In this document: piece by piece, positions 43,852 through 55,911 of the stretch | How the letters are laid out: each line of letters starts with the position of its first letter | Position numbering within the stretch: the stretch's first letter is position 1 | Virus record (IMG/VR): IMGVR_UViG_2061766007_001501 | Direction: 5' to 3' (one strand) | Origin: an uncultured virus (IMG/VR IMGVR_UViG_2061766007_001501) | Lineage: Duplodnaviria; Heunggongvirae; Uroviricota; Caudoviricetes | Length of the DNA stretch: 64,000 nucleotides | Notes under the pieces: model-generated | Seen by the model: the letters and a program-made list of their open reading frames with translations, nothing else | The model's database searches: none | What the model was told of the DNA's origin: nothing | Program-made: the position numbers and the translations under genes

Positions 43852-44253
43852 CCGCTTACCACCTTCGCGTAGTTCAGCCACGCACTCAGCGGAACGGTAT
43901 TTTTCACCAGTTCCTCCCCGCCCAGTGACTTCTTTCCTTTCTTTTCCAGCCGGAGAATGTGGAAATAACTTAGCATCCGGATTTCATTGTTCGGCGGTTT
44001 CAGCGCAAACCANNNNNNNNNNNNNNNNNNNNNNNNNNNCAAGCCGCTGATTCTCTTCCGCGCGGTAAAACTCAAACCGGTCATCGCTCATTTCCTTGCA
44101 GTCAATCAGCACATGGTATCTGCCCTTCACGGCGATAATGTCCGCGGGCTGTCCGGATTTGTTCTGCTGCATTACATGGCACCAGAATCCGTTCTCCGCC
44201 AGGATTTTGCTCATCTCCCGTTCAAACCGGTTCCCGGTTGCCTTGTTGCTCAT
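43848..44253 (-). CDS. Hjc-like PD-(D/E)xK Holliday junction resolvase
   Basis: GNRFEREM...GQPADIIA...LIDCK. Confidence 0.7.
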
Positions 44254-44306
44254 TCCGTCATTTCTCCGTCTCTACCTATTCGCTTGTTCTGTTGTGTGCG
44301 TACTGT

Positions 44307-44335
44307 ATTATACCGCTCACGTAACGTGTGCGCAA
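44307..44335 (-). promoter_or_regulatory. SigmaA promoter with an operator-like palindrome in the spacer
   Basis: TTGCGC-N17-TATAAT; spacer contains ACACGTTACGTGAGC. Confidence 0.65.
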
Positions 44336-44347
44336 GTCGTAAAAAAA

Positions 44348-47300
44348 TTACGTTTCTGTTTCTTTTCTGTACGCCACGGACCGTTCCGCTTCGTCCCGGT
44401 ACTTTCCTTCTGCAAAGTCCGTCATAAACTGTATCCGTTCCTCTTCCGTCCGGATCTCAACGTGATTGACGGTCTGCTTGCAGGTCGTACAGTACAGCGC
44501 CTTTCGGTGCCCTGGCTCTCGCAACCGTGCTCGTTTTCTCCATACGGGAATACCTTTGTTTCCGCAGTTGATGCAGTAGAATTCGCTGATCGTCTTTTGC
44601 TCTCTTGTTCCTGCCATCTTTTCGACGCTCCCTGTTATTTTAAAACGGTCAGGATCGCCGGGTTCACAACCCCGTCTCCTTCATAACCATATTCCTTGTT
44701 GTGCCACTTTCGGAGGATTTCGCCGTATTCCCAGCAATAAGACAAAATGCTGACCGCGCATCCGTACATGAAGCCGGTGATGCCTTCGGTGTCTGCCTCC
44801 CTTCCGCGCTTCTCAAAGTTTGCAATCGCTGCAGCCGTCGGTCCGCCGCGCTTCTCGATGTCTTTCTCCATCAGCTCGGCCCAGCGCTCAGCAAAGGTGA
44901 ATACGCCGTGACCGTATGGGTCAAGGTTATTGTTGTATCCCTGCCGGTACTTTTCTTCCATTCCGGGTCTGATTTTCATGGCTGTTTCCTGCTTATGTCA
45001 TGCTTCCGCCCAGGCTTGTTTCGCCAATAACATATCCGTTCGCCAGTTTGTGCATACAGTCAAACGGCGTTTTAGCGGCAGTGTCGCCGCTGCTGTACCA
45101 TACGAATGCTCCGTCATTCACGATCCGCTTGATCTTGCCGATTTCGTACCGGTCGCAGTTAACGTAGATGATGTACTCGCCTTCCTGAAAATCGTGTTCC
45201 ATTTTCGATATGCTCCTTCTATTTCTCTGGAAGTTCCGGGTTCGGCATCCAATGGGTAACAGTTCTCTTTAGACCTTTCATTTCGTTTGCCCATTTTCCG
45301 TCTATTGTGTGTGAATGATGTACGCGCCTGGTTCCATCTTCAAACACCTCAACGATCCGGACATCTTCAGATGAACGTTCAAACATTGCAGGACGCCACT
45401 TGTCTGTTCCTTTGAATTTCGCAAAGATGGATTCCCGTTCTACCGGCATCCTGTCTTTTACGCTGATCCACCCGCTCATGTTTTGCCTCCCATCAATCCC
45501 AATCTTCTGTGTAATATTCACAATCCGGGTCGCAATCATATTCCGATTCGCATCTGCAAAGCGGACATCTATCCATGCTGTTTATGTCTTCGCCTTCATA
45601 CATACACTTTGCGCAATCCGGAACAACGTAACCTCGTACTCCTTCATGAATCGTTGTCATCATTCGCAATCACCCTTTAATACTTCACGTCAAGCCTGTC
45701 TTTCAGCATCTTATAAACATACTTGAGCATTTCGTGCAGATCGTCTTTCCTGACGCCGTTCAGCGTTACAAAGTGACAAATCTGCCCGATGAGTTTCAAT
45801 TTTCTGTCTGCCGGACACTCCGGGTCTGTGATCATGTCAGCAATCGTAGCGTATCCCTGTTTATCAGGTTTCGGCAATCCGTCCATCATCGTCTGTACGT
45901 GCAGCATCACAGCAATTCCTCCTTACCCACGAAACGTGATAACCTTTCCATCTTCCATCTTTACGCTGATCGTGTGCGGATACGGGCTTGACTGCATATG
46001 GTTCCGCGATGTAAATCGCATGTCCAGAATTTCAACCGCCCGTTGATGGTACTTCTCGCAGGCTTTCGCATCTGTGGAAAACTTAAATTGTGTTCCGCAG
46101 ATTTCGCATTGATATAACTTGATCTCTTTCATGAATTCCCCTCCATCTTTGCGCCGCAATGTGGACAGAACGCAAAATTCCCCTCTGATACGTCCACTTC
46201 TTTTTCGCACTGCGAGCATTTTAGTGTTTGTACCGTCTGCTCATCAATTCCAAATGCGGATACACCAGTTGGTTCAAACACTGGAATCCAACGCCCGGAT
46301 TGCCTCTTGCACGATGCCTTTGCTTTTTCTACACCTCTTTTGAATCCTTTGCTGTATGCTTCCCGAACAGTCGTATCAATATCGCAGTCTTCCTGGAAGT
46401 AATTGCTGATAACAATATTTAATTTCTCTTCAAGTGTCATGGCGTTTCACCTTTTTGTCATATACTGTGCATCTCTTCGCACTCTTCTTTCATTCCGCAA
46501 AACACACACATCGCTCCATGAGCAGACCCAACCGCCCTGCACCGGTTGAACAGCACCCGACACATATTCTTCAGTTTGGCAGTTTCACTCTCATTCTTTT
46601 TCTTTTCTTCAACGGGCTTCAGCGGACAGTTTGGAAACCGCTTTGTCCGCCTGTCGAAACTGTATCCTCTGTTCTGATGCAACACCCAGCAATACGGATA
46701 ATCTCCGCTGTCGTCGGAAAACGGACAATCATAGCAGCTTCCAGGCATCGGTATATCAATCTGAATCATTTTCGTCCTCCTGCCGCTTTTTCCATTTCTC
46801 TTCCAGAATCTTCATTTCTTTTCATTTCCGGCCTGATTTGTCATGCCCGGACCATCCTTCTCCACAATTCTCGCCTTATACCCGTCATTTACGAGAGTTT
46901 CCAAAGTGTAAAGCGCTTTCATGTCCTGATACATCATGTTCCAAGTATCATGCACCTGTCCGAGTCCTACCATGTCCGGATACTGCTCAGCCGTGAATGC
47001 TTTCGCCCACTTCGCCCATACGCACGCGGCAAGGTGCTGCAATGCGATCCCGCATTCCATTTCTTTTTCCCGGCTCCACGCCATGCCCCAGTTATCATCC
47101 GCGCGTTTACTCATCGTCAATCTCCCCGCTTTCCATGGCGGCCTGCTGCATCCTGTCGGACAGTTCCCGCGCCATCTCGTTAATCGCGGTTACCGGGTGA
47201 ATCCCCTCGTGGTCTTTGTATATGGCAATCACCTCGTTATCACGTACGGCCCAATAGGTATGTTTGACTTCCGCTTCTTCCCAATCTTCGCAGGCATCAT

Positions 47301-49396
47301 CGTTCCTGTAACATAGCCGCCTTTTTTGTATCATGCAGCATAGATCCCAGTCTCCTGCATATGTAAAATGTTTGCACGTTCCGCATTTGTTCATGTTACA
47401 TCACATCCAGTATTTCGTTGATCAGTTCTCTTTTCTGCTCATGCGTCCACCACGCGCCGTATGTTCTGACCGAAATTCTTGCGCTTGCGAACGCAATATC
47501 CGGATGAACCAGACCCTCCGTTCCCATCAGGTATTCAGGCGTCGTGTTCAGCACTCTTGCCATTTCCACCAGGATCGGTCCCCTTGGCGTTCGCGTCCCG
47601 TTGCAATACCGGCTCATGGATACTTCCGAAACACTTACCTTGTCTGCCAGATCGCGCTGTTTCATGCCGTTTCTGAACAGTTCTTCCTTCAGCCTTTGTG
47701 TGTTTAACATGGGCCGTCATCCTCAGAATAGAATTTTTCCGCTATCGCTTTTAACTCCGCTTTTTGTTCTTCGCTCATATCTTCCGGATTTTCGCAGAAT
47801 CCAAGATCGTTCCATTGGTTTTCAACGCTGTGCGACAACTTGTACATATATTTGTAATTTGCCAGTTCTGTCTGCTGTTCAAGCAGCGTTTTCAGAATGT
47901 CGTCAATATTGCTCGCAAGCACGAACATTCCGCAGCCTGTTGCTGTGCGCAATACAAATTCAGCCTGATCGCCTAATTCTGCTTCCAGCGCTTTTTCTTT
48001 TAAGCGCAGCAACATTTGTATTCCATACTTGATGTTCCTCATGTTCGCTCTTCCTCTCAAACCGCCACGTTCGCCTTGTACTCCGCCACGGCCGCCTCGC
48101 ACTCATACTTACTGATCCATGCTTCAATGCTCATCAGGAAAAAGTGATCGTCGCGCTTTATCCCTTCGATTTGCACTGATGGTCTTATTCCGTAAACTTT
48201 CCGATCCTTGAACGCATTCCATTTTGCCGCCTGCCGCTTATCCTTGCTGTACTTCATGGCGGTTGCCCCGTTAATGACCATTTTACCGTTGTCGGCTCTC
48301 TTAATATTGATATGAACGCCGTAACCGCAAAGGCTTAATAGTTCATCAATCGTGATCCCGCTTTCCATCGTCAATCCTCCTCGTCATAGATCTTCATATC
48401 CAGTTTCATTTNNNNNNNNNNNNNNNNNNNNNNNNNNNNNNNNNNNNNNNNNNNNNNNNNACTCGCCTTGGCGGCTTTTAACGCATTCGGCATGGCCAGC
48501 CTTTTCTATCCGTTCCCACATCCAGTATCCATCGCAACCAGGCGCCGTGTTGAAATAATTACGATACGGTCTGTAAAAAATCTTTCCGTGCCGTTTGTAG
48601 GCGTGTCTGAGACCTTCCGGCCACAGCCCGATGGTGTGCATCATGACCTTGATGATCTGCTGAATCTTCCGATTATCCTCTTCGGTCATGTCAGTGCTGT
48701 TTACAAGCATAAAATCGTCATATCCGAGATATGCACGGTATTCCGCCTCGTCCCGTTCCCGCGCCAGTTTCTTCAGCGTCCGCAGGTTATACGTGCATCC
48801 CAATCCTTTGTCATCATCCATAACCTTCGGATCATCTTCATCAACAAGTATACAGTAGAGTTCCGGATATTCTCCGCCCGTTGATGAAAGATACTGGCAT
48901 TCTTCACAGTGGCGCATTACAGCAGTTCCTCCATTCCGATCTGATCCCCGTCCTTCTGTTTCGGTTTTCGTGGCTGGTANNNNNNNNNNNNNNNNNNNNN
49001 NNNNNTCCTTGCACCGGTTCGTGCTTTTTGCGTAACTATCGGACGGTTCAAAGCCCTTCTTCTCGCAATAGTTCCCATTCCCAGTAACAAACCATGAACA
49101 GTATCGACAGTATTGCGCCATCGTTAATCCTCCAGTGCTGCCCGAATCTTCTCCTTCAGCGCCCGGTTCTCAATGGACTTTGCAGCGGCCGACACTGCTT
49201 CCCCGGCCAGCACATCATAGTTCTCTTTCAGCACTTCCCGGATAATCTTCCGAACCTCAACATGATAACGGTATGTTAACGAGTCACCACGGGAACCTCG
49301 CAATTCTTTATAAAGTTCATTCGCAAGCTGATTGCTCACAAGATCAGTAACGTTCTGCTCAATCGCTTCCTGATCAATTTCAATCGTGATCTTCAT
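44348..49396 (-). other. Array of short hypothetical genes (includes a DUF551-like gene near 45219-45480 and Zn-ribbon genes)
   Basis: Coupled minus-strand ORFs with SD sequences. Confidence 0.65.
47396..47710 (-). CDS. XRE family regulator
   Basis: MKQRDLADKVSVSEVSMSRYCNGTRTP. Confidence 0.85.
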   Translation of the reverse strand: MLNTQRLKEELFRNGMKQRDLADKVSVSEVSMSRYCNGTRTPRGPILVEMARVLNTTPEYLMGTEGLVHPDIAFASARISVRTYGAWWTHEQKRELINEILDVM

Positions 49397-49408
49397 GCTG
49401 CCCTCCGA

Positions 49409-49825
49409 TCAAAACGGCAATTCGTCCGTATCCGCCGGAACCGCCGCTGCGGCCGGAGCTGCCTGTGCCGGTTCGGAACCGCCCGTTTCGGCACCGTCCT
49501 GCTTTTTCCCGCAGAAATGTACACGATCCGCAACAAGTACGATCTTGCTCCGTTTCTGCCCGTCCTGCGTTGTCCATTCTTCCGTGGTCAGTTTGCCTTC
49601 AACAGTGAGTTCCTGCCCTTTGCGGAAGTAATAGCAAACGAACTCAGCCGTACCGCTGAACGCCTTGCACTCCAGGAAGCACTTTGTTTCCCGTTCCTTG
49701 TACTTCTCGCTCCATGCGACCCGGAAGTTTACGACCTTCGTGCCATTGTTCGTATCCTTCAGTTCCGGGTCGGCCACCATGNNNNNNNNNNNNNNNNNNN
49801 NNNATTTCCGTTCACTCCTTCTCAC
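49409..49825 (-). CDS. ssb: Single-stranded DNA-binding protein
   Basis: ADPEL, FRKGQELTVEGKL, C-terminal DELPF. Confidence 0.9.
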   Translation of the reverse strand: MRRSERKXXXXXXXXMVADPELKDTNNGTKVVNFRVAWSEKYKERETKCFLECKAFSGTAEFVCYYFRKGQELTVEGKLTTEEWTTQDGQKRSKIVLVADRVHFCGKKQDGAETGGSEPAQAAPAAAAVPADTDELPF

Positions 49826-50484
49826 TTCATCCCGGCCAGCAGTTCCGCTGACACGTCGTTCCCTTCGCCTTCATCCGGTTCTGCTGCCGCCGCGCTATGC
49901 GCTGCCTGTTCCGCCGCCTTTGCCGCTTCCATCTCTTCCTTCCGCTTCTTTCCGCACTCAACGCACAGGCACTTCCCGTAACGCTGCTTATTGGTCGCTG
50001 CAATCTGCTCCGCCGTGTACCCGGCGATCCCGGTGATTTCCTTCTTGCAGTTCTCGCACTTCGGCGCGGCGGGAGCCTTTGCCCCGTCTTTCGGGATAAA
50101 GTCCCGGATGCGGATACCGTCCACCAGTTCCCCGTTGCTGGGATTCCTTACGCCGTGTTCCAGATAAAGCTGGATCTTCTTTCCCGCCACGGCGTTATGC
50201 GATACCTGCTTGTACAGCTTCTTGAGCATCTGCCGGTTCCCGGCATTCAGGATCATCGGGCGAACTTCCCCAATGATACCGGGCGCCTTTTCCTCCACAA
50301 AGGTCAGCACGCCCTTCGTCTCTTTCCCGCGGCTCAGCGTCACCTTGCCGAAGTACAGGTTCTTGATTGTCAGCACCGGCTCGATCTTGGAGTCAAGGTC
50401 GGTAGCGCCGAGGTACTCCGAATCTCTTGGCATTTGTTCGTCGCCGGTCATGGGTCTCATGTGTTCAAGATCTTTGGTAATCAT
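49822..50484 (-). CDS. Putative recombination/annealing-associated protein
   Basis: Between the RecE-like exonuclease and SSB; YLGATDL, RPMILN, DGIRIR and a Zn-finger. Confidence 0.4.
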   Translation of the reverse strand: MITKDLEHMRPMTGDEQMPRDSEYLGATDLDSKIEPVLTIKNLYFGKVTLSRGKETKGVLTFVEEKAPGIIGEVRPMILNAGNRQMLKKLYKQVSHNAVAGKKIQLYLEHGVRNPSNGELVDGIRIRDFIPKDGAKAPAAPKCENCKKEITGIAGYTAEQIAATNKQRYGKCLCVECGKKRKEEMEAAKAAEQAAHSAAAAEPDEGEGNDVSAELLAGMK

Positions 50485-50497
50485 GGTTTAGTCCTCC

Positions 50498-50830
50498 TTA
50501 TTCATCTATTCCCTGCCATGACACATCTCCGTAGCTCAGCGCGCCCTGTTCTGGGTCAGCGATCATCACCACATTAGAATAATGTGTCAGGTAGAATTTC
50601 CCGTTCACAAGTACCTGCACAACATCGCTGTTTTCGTAATCGCGCCATTGCGTGATGGACCCTTTGACGATCTCCTTCCCGCCCAATACCACATAGCAGT
50701 AAGTGAACGTCTGCACGTCCTTTCCGCCGGTGATCCGGTTTCCGGTCTTATGCATCTCGCATCCCGCAAACGTGAATACGCAAACAATCAGCAACACCGT
50801 TACAAGCAGAACCTTCCAATACTTATTCAT
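50498..50830 (-). CDS. Putative lipoprotein
   Basis: Hydrophobic signal ending FAGC (lipobox). Confidence 0.65.
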   Translation of the reverse strand: MNKYWKVLLVTVLLIVCVFTFAGCEMHKTGNRITGGKDVQTFTYCYVVLGGKEIVKGSITQWRDYENSDVVQVLVNGKFYLTHYSNVVMIADPEQGALSYGDVSWQGIDE

Positions 50831-51642
50831 TCAAACTCATCCTCCATTTCGGTCATCATCCACGTCGGCACAAACGCATCGTTCGGAATATCATTGACGT
50901 ACCCGGCCCAAAGATCTGCTTCCTTGCACTCGTGCATCTTTCGCAGCAGTTCGTGGAATTTTGCCACGCCAGCAGCCATTACATCCTCCGGCACTTCGAT
51001 CACGTTCACGCTGTACGGCGGCTTTTTCTCCTGGGCCACAAACAGGAATCCCGGCAGTTTCCTCTTTCGGCTTGCCGCCTTGTACCCTTCCGCATACATA
51101 CCAGCCTGGAAATAGTAGCCCATTTTCCAGATGTCGCTGTTAAACCGGAAAGTCTCGGCGCTCTGCGTGGTCTTGTAGTCGATGATGTACTTCCTCCGGT
51201 TGTACGTCACGATCCGGTCACACTTGATCTTGCACATCTCGCCGGTCTCTTTGTCCGTCCAGAAAAAGGCTTCCTCGGTGTCTCCCTTACCGAACAGCAG
51301 TTTCTTCGCCAGCGGACAATTCATCAGCGCATCCCGCATTTTCGCCATCACCTGTACATCGTCAGGACTTACGACGGTCTTTCCGGCATTTTCTTCGCAG
51401 AAACGCTCCCATTCTTCCTTCCCGGCGTTCGTCCGTCGGTTGATGTTCGGAGCCAGCACATACTCGCTGTCAAAGTCGTTCATTTCCAGCACGTATTTGT
51501 GGCATGCGCTCCCGAACGCCATTGCCGGGGTCTGCTCCACCGGATGCTCCAGGAAGTATTTGAACTTCTCCGGGCTGTCCTCCATCTTCCACAGATCACT
51601 TCGCCGGATACCATCCGCGCTGTTGTAGTCTTTCTCATTCAT
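50827..51642 (-). CDS. RecE/exonuclease VIII-like PD-(D/E)xK nuclease
   Basis: FGSACH, CKIKCD, IIDYKTT, YYFQAGMY. Confidence 0.85.
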   Translation of the reverse strand: MNEKDYNSADGIRRSDLWKMEDSPEKFKYFLEHPVEQTPAMAFGSACHKYVLEMNDFDSEYVLAPNINRRTNAGKEEWERFCEENAGKTVVSPDDVQVMAKMRDALMNCPLAKKLLFGKGDTEEAFFWTDKETGEMCKIKCDRIVTYNRRKYIIDYKTTQSAETFRFNSDIWKMGYYFQAGMYAEGYKAASRKRKLPGFLFVAQEKKPPYSVNVIEVPEDVMAAGVAKFHELLRKMHECKEADLWAGYVNDIPNDAFVPTWMMTEMEDEFE

Positions 51643-52667
51643 CGCATTTCAACTCCTTTATATCAATTCTTTTTGTCTCAGTGCATATACGATCTGGCAG
51701 ATACCATGAGGCCCAAGTCCTTTGTATCTGCCGAGCCGTCCTGCCTNNNNNNNNNNNNNNNNNNNNNNNNNNNNNNGCGGATTGGATCTGATTTTCTCTC
51801 ATGCATATGGTTGTACCAGAACCCGCTGCGCAGGATGTTTTCAATCCGGTTCGGAAGGTTCAGTACGGAGATCGGTTCTGCCGTTACCGTTTCCACTGCC
51901 GCACATTCTGCTTCAACCTCAACGTTCGTTGCGATCAGTTCCAGTTTCACCACCGGAAGCGCATCTATCTGATAGTCNNNNNNNNNNNNNNNACTTCCTG
52001 ATCTTCCAGGAACACATGCGTTTCCGTTCCGTGTGTAACGAATCGGACCTTATGAAGATAACTCATATCCTGATCATCCCATCTTTATTCTCTTTATAAA
52101 CTTCCTTGATCGCTTCTTTTGCGTCCAGAAAGTTTTCCGGACCGTCCGGAACACATTCCGGATACTTTTCCCCGCCGAGCAGATAACAGTCAAATGCTTT
52201 GGATGCCATATTGATGTTGCGTGTCCTTTCGTAGATGAACTCATAGCATTTCACCGCACCGTAATACGCCGGGTCTGTTTCCGCTACCTTGATTCGCTTT
52301 CCGTCGCAGGCAATAATGGACTTTTCAATTTCATCTCTTGTAACGCGCAAACTTTGATTCAGATCTCTCAGCTTCCTGTTTTCGTTTTCCAGCCGGATGT
52401 TTTCACTTAAAAGCCTGGAGTGCCGTTTTTTCTCGTTATCAATCAGCACCTGATGATACGCGATCACACCATCCAGAAAGGCCGTATCGATAATCTTCGC
52501 TACAATCCGCGCTACATTGTTTTGAATCTTTTCCGGTTCATCGTTGCAATACTCACGGACGGCTTTACTCAAAAACGTGTAGCTGTCATAGTTTCCTTTT
52601 GTATACAGGATAACGTCTATCGCCTGTTCTGTCCGTTCCTGTTTGTCCAGTTTCGCGTCGATGTCGT

Positions 52668-53037
52668 TCATTTCTCACCACCCCATATCACGGCCTTGCA
52701 GATATCGTCCGCCAGTTTCACAATCTTCGGCATCTGGTAGGCGAACCAGTCCACAACGGTTTCTTCCTGTCCGAAGAGCTTATGCTCAAAGCAGTCACCG
52801 AATCCGCTCTCGTCCATGAACGCATGAATCAGTTCGTGCCGGATCACCTTGTTCATGTACGTTTCCATGCTGCTGATATCGCCCTGCGGTTCCCGCTCCA
52901 AACAGATCAGTCGTGCCGTCCAGTCGGTAAATCCGTTAACACCTTGCAGCCGCGGTTCCNNNNNNNNNNNNNNNNNNNNNNNNNNNNNNNTGTCCACTCG
53001 GAACCGAGAATGATTACTTTAATATCAATGTTCAGGG
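52668..53037 (-). CDS. Small HExxH metallopeptidase-like protein (start approximate)
   Basis: VIRHELIHAFMDESG...EETVVDW. Confidence 0.65.
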
Positions 53038-53040
53038 TTT

Positions 53041-53382
53041 TCACGCCTTGCCTTCTTTCTCCGCGCTCTCGATCATCCACCCAAGGTAAACCTGCGCTTT
53101 TTTCAGGTCCTGCACGCCGTCCTTTTTCCGCCACCGGCTCACGTATTTCAGCACGTTTCCGCAGCAGTATTCCGTGAATCCTTCCGGCGTCAGTTTATCC
53201 CGGATGTAGTCGATGACTTCGATCTCGCCCTGATAATGTGCGGGCTTGTTTACCATATCTTTTCTTTCTTCTTCTTGCGGCGGTAATGCTCTACATCCGC
53301 CTGTTTCTGAGGTGCAATATCCGTTTACGGATTTATCGCAATCCGCAGTACATTTATTCCTTGTATCGGCAGTTTCTTTCAT
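53041..53382 (-). CDS. DUF3310 (T7 gp1.7 nucleotide kinase-like) protein
   Basis: DMVNKPAHY...GNVLKYVSRWRKKDGVQDLKKA. Confidence 0.8.
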   Translation of the reverse strand: MKETADTRNKCTADCDKSVNGYCTSETGGCRALPPQEEERKDMVNKPAHYQGEIEVIDYIRDKLTPEGFTEYCCGNVLKYVSRWRKKDGVQDLKKAQVYLGWMIESAEKEGKA

Positions 53383-53537
53383 TCCGTCCTGTCCTTCCTC
53401 ATTTCATCAATATCCTTCATCATCTGTTTCGGTGTGACCTTGATCGCATGCGTCCGAATCCACCAGACCAGAATCATCACTACCCCGACCGCGCCGGAGA
53501 CAAACCCGGCCAGAAAATACCAGATCATGTCGTCACC

Positions 53538-54257
53538 TCACTCCGTAATCATCCAGGACTCAGGCAAGCTTTCCACCCACATCCGGAAATTGTTCCATTC
53601 GTCCAGTTTGTGACCTGCCCGCTGGCGGTATATGTTCCGTAGCGCCGCGTAAGACATCATCACGGTCCGTTTCTGAATGTAGGACTGCGGAAGCAACTGG
53701 ATCATCTGCCACCAGAACATCTTCGCCCGTCCATCGTCACCGATTTCCTTACATTTCAGAAACTTTTCTCGGCAACTGTTCAGCATAGCAATGACTTCTT
53801 GCAGCCTGTCTGACGGTGTGATGCCGTCAAAATTATCCGCCTCGCTCCAACTATGGCTGATGATATGCTCATGGGCGAAATCGCCCGGTTCAAATTTCTT
53901 TGCGTGGATCTTGTGCATCGTGCTGCACGACACCTTTTCCACCCCGGCCCGGTACGTGTCAAACTCTGTCCACCAGTACCGTGGCGCCGTAATATCCGCC
54001 CACACTTGGATCATCCGCAGATGCTTGCCGTGCTCCGGACCAGCTTTTTGCAGTTTCTCAGACAGTTTCCTGTCTTCCGGACCGATCAGAGCATCCGTAG
54101 TAAGGTCGCTATAGCCATTCAGTTTCATGTTCTTGTCCCATGTTCTGAACACGCTGACCGTAAAAGCCGTATCGCTTTTCTTCCAACTGTCCATAGGGTT
54201 CCTCATGGCTCTCAGCGCCGGTCTGAATCCGGCGATCTCAAGCGTCTCAATCTTCAT
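53538..54257 (-). CDS. ThyX-related phage protein
   Basis: HGKHLRMIQV, APRYWWTEFDTY, SCSTMH, LLPQSY, QRAGHKLDEW. Confidence 0.55.
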   Translation of the reverse strand: MKIETLEIAGFRPALRAMRNPMDSWKKSDTAFTVSVFRTWDKNMKLNGYSDLTTDALIGPEDRKLSEKLQKAGPEHGKHLRMIQVWADITAPRYWWTEFDTYRAGVEKVSCSTMHKIHAKKFEPGDFAHEHIISHSWSEADNFDGITPSDRLQEVIAMLNSCREKFLKCKEIGDDGRAKMFWWQMIQLLPQSYIQKRTVMMSYAALRNIYRQRAGHKLDEWNNFRMWVESLPESWMITE

Positions 54258-54613
54258 CCTTCTTTTCCTCCAAACTCCTGCCTCATCCGAACCACGCTGT
54301 ACTTTCCGTGATACATCGCCTTGTCCGCTTCAATCTGCTTCCTCGGCTTGTCGCACTGAAAGTTCTGGCAGATTGCGGGCCGCACTTCATAAATGTCGCA
54401 CTTCTTTTCCAGTTCGTTCCGAAATGGACACGTAAAGTCCTCAACTGGCTCCATCGTAGGCGGAATGTTCCGGTGCAACTTGATCCAAGGACGACGCTTA
54501 ATGTAGGTATGAATCTTGGCGATCTCCTTCTGGCTCATCGGCAGGNNNNNNNNNNNNNNNNNNNNNNNNNNNNNNNNNNNNNNNNNNNNNNACGGTATGG
54601 TCGTATACGCCAT
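54254..54613 (-). CDS. YkgJ-like Cys-cluster protein
   Basis: CPFR...CDIYEVRPAICQNFQC. Confidence 0.75.
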   Translation of the reverse strand: MAYTTIPXXXXXXXXXXXXXXXXLPMSQKEIAKIHTYIKRRPWIKLHRNIPPTMEPVEDFTCPFRNELEKKCDIYEVRPAICQNFQCDKPRKQIEADKAMYHGKYSVVRMRQEFGGKEG

Positions 54614-54834
54614 TCTTCATGTCCTGAATACACTGTTCAAGCGTCCCGATCATGCTCAGTTATCCTCCGGCTTATCGTTCCTATGCAGCCATTTCTTGAA
54701 ATCCTGGCTGCATTTCAGACAGAGATTGATCGGAATGCTGGACATAACAGATCCCCGTTCTTTGATATCGAACTTCGGATATCCGAATCCGGGCGTCCAG
54801 TTATCGTCACAGACTTTCTTGCACTTGTCGCATC

Positions 54835-55530
54835 TCATTCTTTCGGTTCCGTCCTTTCCCGCTCGAAATGCATCCTTACTCGCTCGTCGTACTCGCCGCG
54901 AGTAATCTGCTTCCACTCGCCGTCGATTTCCCCGTAATACTCATTGATCGGAACGCATTCACCGTCCGGCATTTTCAGTGTAAAATACGCTTTGGTGTCA
55001 AAATCACCGTTTGCCCGGTCTGTCAGGTATTCCGCCGTGGTCAGCACGTACTTTTGAACTGGCGGATTGTATGGGAACGTAATCGGCTTTGCGTATCTGT
55101 AGATAATTTCTCTCGCCCCACCGCCGCTGTACGTCACGCCGGTGTTTGCATCCTTGCAGTAATAGTCATCTGTTCTTCTGTACGTAACTGTCTCGTTCGG
55201 ATGCGCATGTTTGAACAGGCTCGACATCCGCCGACATTGGTATACTTTTGTTCCGTCCTCTTCCTCATAAACCAGGTTCCACTCTTCCGGTTTGTCCTCA
55301 ATCGGTGTAAGTGGCAGACCGTTCATCAATCGGATCAGGATATTCCTTGTGAATCCGAAACTCATGCCGCTGTGCCCGTCTTCCATCAGGCTCAGATAGG
55401 CTTTCAGGGCGCTTTCATAGCAGGAGCATCCGTAGTCCCATTCTCCGTCCTTCCGGTCCGGATTCTCCCGCTTACAGGCAATCTCCACTTCCCGTTTCGC
55501 CCATTCACTCATGCTCATCTTAATCTTCAT
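54835..55530 (-). CDS. Conserved-looking phage hypothetical protein
   Basis: DGHSGMS...PLTPI...YQCRRMSSLFK. Confidence 0.6.
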   Translation of the reverse strand: MKIKMSMSEWAKREVEIACKRENPDRKDGEWDYGCSCYESALKAYLSLMEDGHSGMSFGFTRNILIRLMNGLPLTPIEDKPEEWNLVYEEEDGTKVYQCRRMSSLFKHAHPNETVTYRRTDDYYCKDANTGVTYSGGGAREIIYRYAKPITFPYNPPVQKYVLTTAEYLTDRANGDFDTKAYFTLKMPDGECVPINEYYGEIDGEWKQITRGEYDERVRMHFERERTEPKE

Positions 55531-55602
55531 CGTCTCGCTCCTGCATGTTGTCTCCGGATAGGGCATCACCGTACCGCTTTAATCCGGAGGAAACGTCAAC
55601 GT

Positions 55603-55911
55603 TCAGTTCTGTTCTATCGGTACGCTCTCGATCCCGTAAAACACTTTCTTGCCCTGTTTCAGCGCCACTCGCAGTTCGCGTTTCGCGCCCTGGCTGCTTC
55701 GCCATCCGCACAGCATCACGATCCCGTCCGCCGCTTTGATCATCTCCGCGTCGATCTGCATATAATCTTCATATTTCAGCCCCTGCGGATGGCTTGCAGG
55801 GTTCAGCACTGTATGCCCCTTCCATGTGCTGAGGTACGATTCCGCCGCGTCGAACTCCGCCTTATACGTATCCATCCGGGATGAGATCGGCCCGGAAATG
55901 TAGAGGATCAT
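55603..55911 (-). CDS. DUF4406 / nucleoside deoxyribosyltransferase-like protein
   Basis: YISGPIS...VLNPA...GWRSSQGAKRE. Confidence 0.8.
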   Translation of the reverse strand: MILYISGPISSRMDTYKAEFDAAESYLSTWKGHTVLNPASHPQGLKYEDYMQIDAEMIKAADGIVMLCGWRSSQGAKRELRVALKQGKKVFYGIESVPIEQN

